Shown here: piece after piece, positions 24,912 to 32,000 of the stretch
How positions within the stretch are numbered: the first letter of the stretch is position 1
How the letters are laid out: every line of letters begins with the position of its first letter
NCBI RefSeq assembly: GCF_042660085.1
Contig: NZ_JBHSTI010000008.1
Span: forward strand, 690,001-722,000
Length of the DNA stretch: 32,000 nt
Direction of reading: 5' to 3'
DNA from: Longivirga aurantiaca
GTDB lineage: Bacteria > Actinomycetota > Actinomycetes > S36-B12 > CAIYMF01
Notes under the pieces: generated by a model
Database searches by the model: none
Told to the model about the DNA's origin: nothing
The model's input: only the letters and a program-made list of their open reading frames with translations
Made by a program: the position numbers and the translations under genes

Positions 24912-25828
24912 TGGCGCGGTATACCGCTCCCGTGCGCACGCTGCGCGACGTCCTCGTGGACGCCGAGCGCCGGCTCGCCATCGCCGACGTCCCGTCGCCG
25001 CGCGTCGACGCCGAGCTCCTGCTCGCGCACGTGCTCGACGTGCCACGCGGCCGCATGTTCCTGTCGGACCCGGCCGACCCCTCCGACGTCCTGCGGTTCG
25101 AGGCGCTGCTCGTGAAGCGCGTCGCCCGCGTGCCGCTCCAGCACCTGCTGGGCGAGGCCCCGTTCCGCCACCTGACCCTCGCCGTCGGCCGGGGCGTGTT
25201 CGTCCCGCGGCCCGAGACCGAGAGCGTGGCCGAGCTCGCCATCCGCATGCTGCGCGATGTCACCGAGGGCTCGCGCGTCGCCGTCGACCTCTGCACCGGC
25301 TCGGGCGCCATCGCCCTGGCGGTGGCCACCGAGGTGCCCGGCACCGTGGTGCACGCCGTCGAGCTCGACGAGGCGGCCGCCGCGTGGGCGCGCCGCAACG
25401 TCGAGGAGAACGCCGCGGCCGTCGCCGCGGTCGGCTCGTCCCTCGAGCTGCATATCGGCGACGCGACGGTGGCCCACCTCGGCGCCCTGGCGCCGCTGGT
25501 CGGCCTCGTCGACGTCGTCGTGACCAACCCGCCGTACATCCCGGACGCCGCGGTGCCGCGCGATCCCGAGGTGGCGCAGCACGACCCGCCGCGCGCGCTC
25601 TTCGGCGGACCGGACGGCCTCGACGTCGTCCGGGGCCTCGCCGTCGCCGCGGCCGCGCTGCTGCGCCCCGGAGGCGTCCTCGTCGTCGAGCACGGCGACG
25701 AGCAGGGCGAGCGCGGGGGAGCGGCCGGAGTGCCGCACGTGCTGCGCGAGCACGGTGCCTTCCGCGACGTCGACGACCACGTCGACCTCGGCGGACGCGA
25801 CCGCGCCACGACCGCCGTCCGGGTCTGA
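24911..25828 (+). CDS. prmC: Release factor glutamine N5-methyltransferase
   Basis: ATG 24911 overlaps the prfA stop (TGATG). The SAM motif DLCTGSGAIAL and the catalytic NPPY (VVTNPPYIP) are present. This is the C-terminal 305 codons of the 811-aa ORF. Confidence 0.9.
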   Translation: MARYTAPVRTLRDVLVDAERRLAIADVPSPRVDAELLLAHVLDVPRGRMFLSDPADPSDVLRFEALLVKRVARVPLQHLLGEAPFRHLTLAVGRGVFVPRPETESVAELAIRMLRDVTEGSRVAVDLCTGSGAIALAVATEVPGTVVHAVELDEAAAAWARRNVEENAAAVAAVGSSLELHIGDATVAHLGALAPLVGLVDVVVTNPPYIPDAAVPRDPEVAQHDPPRALFGGPDGLDVVRGLAVAAAALLRPGGVLVVEHGDEQGERGGAAGVPHVLREHGAFRDVDDHVDLGGRDRATTAVRV

Positions 25829-25843
25829 GGGAGGATCGGCCGC

Positions 25844-26488
25844 GTGAGCCTCGAGTTCGACATGGCCGACCCGGCCGCGCGCCCGCGCGGTCTGGATGCC
25901 GCCGCCAGCGCCGCCCGGCGCGGCGACCTCGTCGTCCTGCCGACCGACACGGTCTACGGGCTGGCCACCGACGCCTTCAACCCGCGCGGGGTCGCTGCCA
26001 TCCGTGCCGCCAAGGGCCGCGGGCGCGACCTCCCCCTGCAGGTGCTCGTCGGCAGCCCCGACACGGTCGAGGGCCTCGGCTACGGGCTCACCAAGGCCGC
26101 GCGCGAGCTCGTCCAGGGCTTCTGGCCCGGCGGCCTCACCCTCGTCGTGCGCCAGCAGCCCACGCTCGCGTGGGACCTCGGCGACTCCTCCGGCACGGTC
26201 GCGCTCCGGATGCCGCTGCACCCGGTGGCGATCGAGCTGCTCCGCATCACCGGCCCGCTCGCGGTGTCCGGCGCGAACGCCGCAGGCGGTGCCCCGGCCG
26301 CCTCGCTGTCCGAGGCCCGGGAGCAGCTCGGCGACCTCGTGGCCATCTACCTCGACGGCGGCCCGAGCCTGGACGCCGTCCCGAGCACCGTCGTGGACGT
26401 CTCCGGCCAGGTGCCCCGGCTCCTGCGGCCCGGCGCCATCGACCTCGACACCCTCCGCACCGTCTGCCCGGAGATCCTTCCCGGCTAG
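25844..26488 (+). CDS. tsaC: L-threonylcarbamoyladenylate synthase (YrdC/YwlC/Sua5 family, short form)
   Basis: 214 aa. The family motifs VVLPTDTVYGLATDAF, GPLAVSGAN and PSTVVDV are present. SD GGGAGGA is upstream. The position after prmC matches Rv1301. Confidence 0.9.
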   Translation: MSLEFDMADPAARPRGLDAAASAARRGDLVVLPTDTVYGLATDAFNPRGVAAIRAAKGRGRDLPLQVLVGSPDTVEGLGYGLTKAARELVQGFWPGGLTLVVRQQPTLAWDLGDSSGTVALRMPLHPVAIELLRITGPLAVSGANAAGGAPAASLSEAREQLGDLVAIYLDGGPSLDAVPSTVVDVSGQVPRLLRPGAIDLDTLRTVCPEILPG

Positions 26489-26491
26489 GCT
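26486..26491 (+). promoter_or_regulatory. Candidate -10 hexamer TAGGCT 8 nt upstream of glyA ATG (its TAG is the tsaC stop codon)
   Basis: ccggcTAGGCTcacgtgccATG. No SD. The spacing is a little long for a strictly leaderless start. Confidence 0.25.
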
Positions 26492-26499
26492 CACGTGCC

Positions 26500-27765
26500 A
26501 TGACCTCTGCCACGCCCTTCGGCGCCGACTTCGGCGCGCTCGAGGCCACCGACCCCGAGATCGCCCGGATCCTCCTGGCCGAGCGCGACCGCCTGAACGA
26601 CGGCCTGCAGCTCATCGCCAGCGAGAACTTCACCTCGCCCGCGGTGCTCGCCGCGCTCGGCTCGACGCTGTCGAACAAGTACGCCGAGGGCTACCCCGGC
26701 CGCCGCTACTACGGCGGCTGCGAGGTCGTCGACCAGGCCGAGACCCTCGGCATCGAGCGGGCGAAGGCGCTCTTCGGCGCCGATCACGCCAACCTCCAGC
26801 CGCACAGCGGCGCCAGCGCCAACCTCGCGGTGTACGGAGCGTTCCTGCAGCCGGGCGACACGCTGCTGGCCATGAGCCTGCCGCACGGCGGCCATCTGAC
26901 CCACGGCACGAAGGTCTCGTTCTCCGGCAAGTGGTTCAACGCCGTGCACTACGGCGTCAGCCAGGAGACCGAGGACATCGACTACGACCAGATGCGCAGC
27001 CTGGCCCGCGAGCACCGCCCGAAGATGATCATCTGCGGCGGCTCGGCGATCCCGCGCCTCATCGACTTCGCGGCGTTCCGCGAGGTGGCCGACGAGGTCG
27101 GCGCGATCCTGTTCGTCGACGCCGCCCACTTCATCGGTCTCGTCGCCGGCAAGGCGATCCCGAGCCCGGTGCCGTACGCCGACGTCGTCACGTTCACCAC
27201 GCACAAGGTCCTGCGCGGGCCCCGCGGCGGCATGCTCGTGTGCAAGGCCGAGCACGCGGCCGCGCTCGACAAGGCTGTGTTCCCGATGATGCAGGGCGGT
27301 CCGCTCATGCACGCCGTGGCCGCCAAGGCCGTCGCCCTCAAGGAGTGCGCGACGCCGGAGTACCAGGCCTACGCGAAGCAGGTCATCGCCAACTCCCAGG
27401 CGCTGACGGCGGCGCTCGCGGAGGAGGGGATGCGCCCGATCACCGGCGGCACCGACACGCACCTGTCGCTGCTCGACCTCCAGGGCATCGGCGTCACGGG
27501 TGCCGAGGCCGAGGCCCGCGCCGGCGCCGCGAGGATCGTGCTCAACAAGAACGCGATCCCCTACGACCCGCAGCCGCCGAGCATCGCGTCCGGCATCCGG
27601 GTGGGCACGCCCGCCACCACCACTCAGGGGCTCGACGAGGCCGACATGAGGGTGGTCGCCTCGCTCATCTCCCGCGCGGTGAAGGACGCCGACGGGTCCG
27701 AGACGGCCGCCGTGGCCGCCGAGGTGCACGAGCTGGTCAAGAACAAGCCGGCGTACGCCTCCTGA
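26500..27765 (+). CDS. glyA: Serine hydroxymethyltransferase
   Basis: This is the C-terminal 421 codons of the 1109-aa ORF. Motifs LIASENFTSPAVL, YAEGYPGRRYYGGC and the PLP-lysine box VTFTTHKVLRGPRGG are present. Confidence 0.95.
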   Translation: MTSATPFGADFGALEATDPEIARILLAERDRLNDGLQLIASENFTSPAVLAALGSTLSNKYAEGYPGRRYYGGCEVVDQAETLGIERAKALFGADHANLQPHSGASANLAVYGAFLQPGDTLLAMSLPHGGHLTHGTKVSFSGKWFNAVHYGVSQETEDIDYDQMRSLAREHRPKMIICGGSAIPRLIDFAAFREVADEVGAILFVDAAHFIGLVAGKAIPSPVPYADVVTFTTHKVLRGPRGGMLVCKAEHAAALDKAVFPMMQGGPLMHAVAAKAVALKECATPEYQAYAKQVIANSQALTAALAEEGMRPITGGTDTHLSLLDLQGIGVTGAEAEARAGAARIVLNKNAIPYDPQPPSIASGIRVGTPATTTQGLDEADMRVVASLISRAVKDADGSETAAVAAEVHELVKNKPAYAS

Positions 27766-27780
27766 GGGCGCTGGCCTCCC

Positions 27781-28878
27781 GTGCGCGAATACCTCCTCTG
27801 CCTCACCATCGCGGCGGCGGTGACCTACCTGGTCACCCCGCTCGCGCGGCGCTTCGCGCTGCGGTGGGGCGCGATGGCGGAGGTGCGCGACCGGGACGTG
27901 CATGACGAGCCGACCCCGCGCCTCGGCGGGCTCGGGATGCTGGGCGGCCTCCTGGCCGCGATGCTCGTCGCGAGCCAGCTGCCGCTCATGCGATCGGTGT
28001 TCGAAGGGTCCAGCGAGCCGCTCGCGCTGCTGTCGGCCGCCGCGATCCTGGTCGTGCTCGGGATGCTCGACGACAAGTACGGCCTCGACGCCCCGACCAA
28101 GTTCGCCGGTCAGGCGCTCGCCGGCGCGGTGATGGCGCTGCAGGGCATCGCGATCGTCTGGCTGCCGATCGGCGGCACGCTCGTGCTCGACCCGCTCACC
28201 TCGGTGGTGCTCACCGTCCTCGTCGTGGTCGTGGCGGTGAACGCGATCAACTTCGTCGACGGCCTCGACGGCCTGGCTGCCGGGATCGTCGGCATCGGCG
28301 CGCTCGCGTTCTTCGCGTACTCCTACCTGCTGTCGTTCGAGTACGGCTTCACCCGGGCCACGATCGCGGCGCTCGTCTCGGCGATCCTCGCCGGCATGTG
28401 CGCGGGCTTCCTGCCCCACAACCTCAACCCGGCCCGGGTGTTCATGGGCGACACCGGCTCGATGCTCATCGGCCTGCTCATGGCGAGCTCGGTGATCACC
28501 CTGGTCGGCCAGCTCGACCCCAACGTCGTGCCCGGCCCCACCTTCGTGCCCGCGCTGCTCCCGATCCTGCTGCCCGCAGCGGTCATGGCCGTGCCGCTGC
28601 TCGACATGCTGCTGGCCGTCGTACGCCGGACCCGCGCCGGCCGGAGCCCGTTCTCGCCCGACAAGCAGCACCTGCACCACCGTCTGCTCGAGATCGGCCA
28701 CAGCCAGCGCCGCGCCGTCCTGCTCATGTACGGCTGGACCGGTCTGCTCGCCTTCACCGCCGTCGGGCTGGCCTTCGTGCCGGCAGGCGTCGCCATGGTC
28801 TGGTTCGTCTGCGGGGCCGCGATCCTCTTCGTCGCCGTCCGGTGGCCGAGGATGCGCGAGGCCCGGCGCGGGGCGTGA
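27781..28878 (+). CDS. wecA: Undecaprenyl-phosphate GlcNAc-1-phosphate transferase (WecA/Rfe, MraY-like glycosyltransferase family 4)
   Basis: 365 aa and polytopic. Family motifs are DDKYGL, NAINFVDGLDGLAAG and FMGDTGSMLIG. It occupies the same position as M. tuberculosis rfe (Rv1302). GTG start. Confidence 0.85.
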   Translation: MREYLLCLTIAAAVTYLVTPLARRFALRWGAMAEVRDRDVHDEPTPRLGGLGMLGGLLAAMLVASQLPLMRSVFEGSSEPLALLSAAAILVVLGMLDDKYGLDAPTKFAGQALAGAVMALQGIAIVWLPIGGTLVLDPLTSVVLTVLVVVVAVNAINFVDGLDGLAAGIVGIGALAFFAYSYLLSFEYGFTRATIAALVSAILAGMCAGFLPHNLNPARVFMGDTGSMLIGLLMASSVITLVGQLDPNVVPGPTFVPALLPILLPAAVMAVPLLDMLLAVVRRTRAGRSPFSPDKQHLHHRLLEIGHSQRRAVLLMYGWTGLLAFTAVGLAFVPAGVAMVWFVCGAAILFVAVRWPRMREARRGA

Positions 28879-28934
28879 CGCGGATCATCGCTGGCCGGTA
28901 CCGCTTTCATTTGGGCGGCTACCGTCCGTTCATC

Positions 28935-28940
28935 TAGGCT
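28935..28940 (+). promoter_or_regulatory. Candidate -10 hexamer TAGGCT 6 nt upstream of ATG 28947: predicted leaderless first gene of the atp cluster
   Basis: ttcatcTAGGCTgcggacATG. The upstream tract is AT-richer (ctttcatttggg). No SD. Confidence 0.3.
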
Positions 28941-28946
28941 GCGGAC

Positions 28947-29423
28947 ATGCCCGCCGCCACCGACGGACAACCCCTCGGCCCCACTCAGGCGTCTGCCGTC
29001 GCCCTCCGCACCGCTGCGATCCCTGCGGCCCTGGTCGGCGTGGCCGCCGTGGCGCTCGGCTGGTGGTTCAAGGGGCCGAACGGCGCCCTCGGTGCGGCTC
29101 TCGGAGCCATCGTCGCCATCGCGTTCTTCGCGATCGGCCAGTACGTCCTCGGCCGCATCCTCGACGGCAACCCCGACTTCGCGCTGTCGGCGGGGCTCCT
29201 GCTGTACCTGACGCAGGTCCTCGTCCTGTTCGGCCTGATCATCCTGCTGCGCGACGCCACCTGGCTCGACGGCCGCGTCTTCGGCATGGCGGTCCTGGCC
29301 GTCACCCTCGCCTGGATCGTCGGCTCCATCATCGCCTCGCAGCGCGTCAAGATCCTCTACGTCGACCCGTCGCTGTCCAAGGACCCGGTCGTCGACACCC
29401 CGCCGGCGGGGGAGCCGTCATGA
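28947..29423 (+). CDS. Small integral membrane protein preceding the atp operon (ATP synthase protein I-like, Rv1303 position)
   Basis: 158 aa with about four hydrophobic helices and high GC3. The call rests on its position directly upstream of the atp genes. Confidence 0.65.
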   Translation: MPAATDGQPLGPTQASAVALRTAAIPAALVGVAAVALGWWFKGPNGALGAALGAIVAIAFFAIGQYVLGRILDGNPDFALSAGLLLYLTQVLVLFGLIILLRDATWLDGRVFGMAVLAVTLAWIVGSIIASQRVKILYVDPSLSKDPVVDTPPAGEPS

Positions 29424-29773
29424 GCACCGCGCCGGTCTCGCGCAGGCGCTCCGCCGCGCCCGTACCCCCGTCGGGGCACCGTGACGCGCAGTGGTACCGT
29501 CGGGCCGCGACGAAGGCGTCCGCGGCAGAGCCGGATGCGCAGGCCACAAGCCGCGTGTCCGACGATGCCGCCTGGTCGGTCGTCAGCCACATCGCGGCGG
29601 GGATCCTCCTGTACGGCGGCCTGGGCTGGCTCCTGGGGACGTGGCTGGGCAACCGCCCTCTGTTCGTCGCTGGAGGGGTCCTCCTCGGGGTCTCTCTCGC
29701 ACTCTTCATGCTGTTCCGCAAGCTCGAGTCCCTCGGACGAGAGCCCGAGACGCCGCGGGAGGACCCGTCATGA
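29420..29773 (+). CDS. AtpZ/AtpI family small membrane protein
   Basis: ATG 29420 overlaps the upstream stop (ATGA). It is 117 aa. A basic N-terminus is followed by two helices, VVSHIAAGILLYGGLGWLLGTWL and LFVAGGVLLGVSLALFMLF, the typical AtpZ/AtpI hairpin. This is the C-terminal part of the 236-aa ORF. Confidence 0.65.
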   Translation: MSTAPVSRRRSAAPVPPSGHRDAQWYRRAATKASAAEPDAQATSRVSDDAAWSVVSHIAAGILLYGGLGWLLGTWLGNRPLFVAGGVLLGVSLALFMLFRKLESLGREPETPREDPS

Positions 29774-29842
29774 CGGGCACCCGCACGGAGGTCGTCGCAC
29801 CGATGCCCGTCCTGACCGGCAGCACCCCCCAGGAGTCGTCCC

Positions 29843-30694
29843 GTGTCCGGTGAGCTGATCGCCGCAGCCGCTGAGTCGTGCCACCTCTCCACGGGTGGTT
29901 GCGGCTTCCCCGCGCCGGGCGCGGAGATCTTCTTCTTCGACGAGATCGCCAAGTTCACGATCGGGCAGACCGAGTTCGCGGTCACGAAGCCGATGATCCT
30001 GCTCTGGCTCGCGGTCGTGGTGGTCGTCGGCTTCTTCGTCCTCGCGTTCCGCAAGGCCAAGGTCGTCCCCGGCCGGGTGCAGGGCCTCGCCGAGTACGGC
30101 TACTTCTTCGTGCGCGACGGCATCGCCCGCGACACGATCGGCAAGGAGGGCGACCGCTTCGTCCCCTTGCTGTTCTCGTTCTTCTTCTTCATCTGGATGA
30201 ACAACCTCTGGGGCATCATCCCGTTCGCCCAGATCCCGGTGACGAGCAAGTTCGCCATCCCCGTGGCGTTCGCCGCGATCGTCTACCTCGCGTGGGTGCC
30301 GCTCGGCGTCAAGCGCCAGGGCCTGCTGCCGTTCTTCAAGGGCATGACAATGCCGCGCGACGTGCCCAAGGTGATGTACGTCCTGCTGATCCCGATCGAG
30401 ATCCTGTCGAACTTCATCGTGCGGCCGTTCACGCACGCGGTCCGTCTGTTCGCGAACATGTTCGCGGGCCACATGCTCCTCGCGACCTTCTCGATCGCCG
30501 CCTGGTACCTCTTCCCGGTCAACCTCTTCTCCGAGCCGAGCGGCGTCGCCGTCATCGGGCTCCTCGGCTCGGCGGCCTCGACCGTGGTCACCGTGGCGCT
30601 CACCGGGTTCGAGATGGGCATCCAGGCACTTCAGGCGTACGTCTTCACCCTGCTCGCCGCCGTCTACCTGAGCGACTCGGTGAACGCGCACTAG
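29843..30694 (+). CDS. atpB: F0F1 ATP synthase subunit a
   Basis: 283 aa and polytopic. It has the conserved essential-Arg helix THAVRLFANMFAGHMLL. GTG start with AGGAG 7 nt upstream. Confidence 0.92.
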   Translation: MSGELIAAAAESCHLSTGGCGFPAPGAEIFFFDEIAKFTIGQTEFAVTKPMILLWLAVVVVVGFFVLAFRKAKVVPGRVQGLAEYGYFFVRDGIARDTIGKEGDRFVPLLFSFFFFIWMNNLWGIIPFAQIPVTSKFAIPVAFAAIVYLAWVPLGVKRQGLLPFFKGMTMPRDVPKVMYVLLIPIEILSNFIVRPFTHAVRLFANMFAGHMLLATFSIAAWYLFPVNLFSEPSGVAVIGLLGSAASTVVTVALTGFEMGIQALQAYVFTLLAAVYLSDSVNAH

Positions 30695-30751
30695 ACCAGC
30701 ACCACCTGCTCCACGCTCGACCCAGGCTCGAACCACAGCTCCACTCCATGA

Positions 30752-31021
<270 letters not shown>

Positions 31022-31067
31022 TCGTCGCTCTCCGAGCTGAACGACCAACCATCCGAAGGGTGAACCT

Positions 31068-31610
31068 GTGAACCTCCTTGCAGCCTCCGAGGCACCGAAA
31101 GTCCTCGGCGTCCCTCTCGACGAGCTGGTGCTGGGGCTCTTCGCGTTCTTCGTCGTGCTCTGGGCGCTGAACAAGTTCGCGTTCCCCGGCATCAAGAAGG
31201 CGCTCGACGAGCGCAGCGCGGCCATCGAAGGCGGCATCGCCCGCTCCGAGGAGCGCGAGGCGCAGGCTCAGGCGCTGCTCGAGCAGTACCAGGCCCAGCT
31301 GGCCGAGGCCCGCACCGAGGCCGCCCAGATCCGGGCCCAGGCGCAGGCGGACAAGACGGCCATCATCGACGAGGCCCGTCGCGAGGCCACCGAGGCGGCA
31401 GCTGCCGTCACGGCTCGCGCCGAGGCAGCCATCGCCGCGGAGCGGGCGTCCACGGTCGCGTCGCTGCGCCGCGAGGTCGGAACCCTGGCCGTGTCGCTGG
31501 CCGGCAAGGTCGTGGGGGAGTCCCTCGAGGACGACGCCCGCGCCCGCGCCACGGTCGACCGGTTCATCGCCGACCTCGAGGCTGAGGCTGCGAACGGGGC
31601 GAACGCCTGA
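31068..31610 (+). CDS. atpF: F0F1 ATP synthase subunit b
   Basis: 180 aa. A single N-terminal TM (LVLGLFAFFVVLWALNKF) is followed by a long Ala/Glu/Arg-rich helix. GTG start with GAAGGG upstream. Confidence 0.9.
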   Translation: MNLLAASEAPKVLGVPLDELVLGLFAFFVVLWALNKFAFPGIKKALDERSAAIEGGIARSEEREAQAQALLEQYQAQLAEARTEAAQIRAQAQADKTAIIDEARREATEAAAAVTARAEAAIAAERASTVASLRREVGTLAVSLAGKVVGESLEDDARARATVDRFIADLEAEAANGANA

Positions 31611-32000
31611 TGCTCGGTTCCTCCCGCCACTCCTTCGCCGCCCTGCGGACGTCGCTCGACGCCCGCAGCGGCGAGGCCGGCTTCGGCACGGTCGCCAGCG
31701 ACCTGCTCGCGGTCGCGGGGCTGCTGGGCCACGAGAAGTCGCTGCGCCAGACGCTGGCGGACTCCGGCCAGCCGGGCGACACCCGCGGTGCCATCGTGCG
31801 CGACCTGTTCGGCGGCAAGGTGTCCGACACCTCGCTCGCCGTGCTCGACGAGGTCGTGTCGGCGCGCTGGTCGAACGACGTCGACATGGTCGACGCCGTC
31901 GAGCAGCTCGGGGCGCAGGCGGCGTTCACCGTCGCCGAGGCCGACGGCTCGCTCGACCGCGTGGAGGAGGAGCTCTTCCGCGTCGGACGCGCCGTCGACG
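31610..32000 (+). CDS. atpH: F0F1 ATP synthase subunit delta (OSCP), 3' end cut by window edge
   Basis: ATG 31610 overlaps the atpF stop (TGATG). The frame stays open to the window end with very high GC3 (MLGSSRHSFAALRTSLDARSG...LFRVGRAVD). It is missing from the ORF track because no stop falls inside the window. Position follows atpF. Confidence 0.85.
   Translation, partial: MLGSSRHSFAALRTSLDARSGEAGFGTVASDLLAVAGLLGHEKSLRQTLADSGQPGDTRGAIVRDLFGGKVSDTSLAVLDEVVSARWSNDVDMVDAVEQLGAQAAFTVAEADGSLDRVEEELFRVGRAVD

Noticed and set aside
23393-28701. Very long ORFs 23393..25828 (upstream part), 24436..27765 (upstream part), 23502..25046 (-), 24506..26494 (-), 24799..25950 (-), 25896..27905 (+) and 26491..28701 (-)
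   Set aside because: Only the 3' portions in the prmC and glyA frames show family motifs. The rest are Arg/Pro/Gly-rich shadows overlapping prfA, prmC, tsaC, glyA and wecA.

Overview
This is a very GC-rich actinobacterial chromosome segment; G/C dominates the third codon position in every convincing gene. It is mostly core genome. From about 11.8 kb onward the gene order matches the Mycobacterium tuberculosis Rv1292-Rv1307 block: argS-lysA-hom-thrC-thrB-rho ... rpmE-prfA-prmC-tsaC ... wecA, two small membrane proteins, atpB-atpE-atpF-atpH (cut by the window end). The left third carries a 5'-truncated aldehyde dehydrogenase, a nitroreductase, two tandem L,D-transpeptidases, a GGDEF-EAL protein, a DagK-type lipid kinase, two hypothetical genes and a dienelactone hydrolase. 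It also carries a c-di-AMP (ydaO-type) riboswitch in front of a secreted peptidoglycan-binding/transglycosylase-like protein, then trmB and tRNA-Arg(CCG). Two things interrupt the conserved order. glyA sits between tsaC and wecA. A two-gene cassette sits between rho and rpmE, and it is the most interesting item. It encodes a TasA/camelysin-like protein with a SipW-type signal peptide, followed by a SipW-type (Ser/His) signal peptidase. That peptidase is fused in frame, through an acidic linker, to a second SipW-type signal peptide and a LamG domain, so it appears to be joined to its own substrate. Other points worth follow-up: a 2 x 102-bp tandem repeat next to tRNA-Arg whose unit boundaries repeat the tRNA 3' end; TAGGCT-like -10 hexamers 6-8 nt upstream of six start codons, suggesting leaderless mRNAs; and a long RD/QN-rich insertion in Rho. 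Many long Arg/Pro/Gly-rich ORFs in the six-frame track are off-frame or antisense shadows and were rejected. All calls come from reading the sequence and translations. No database search was run.
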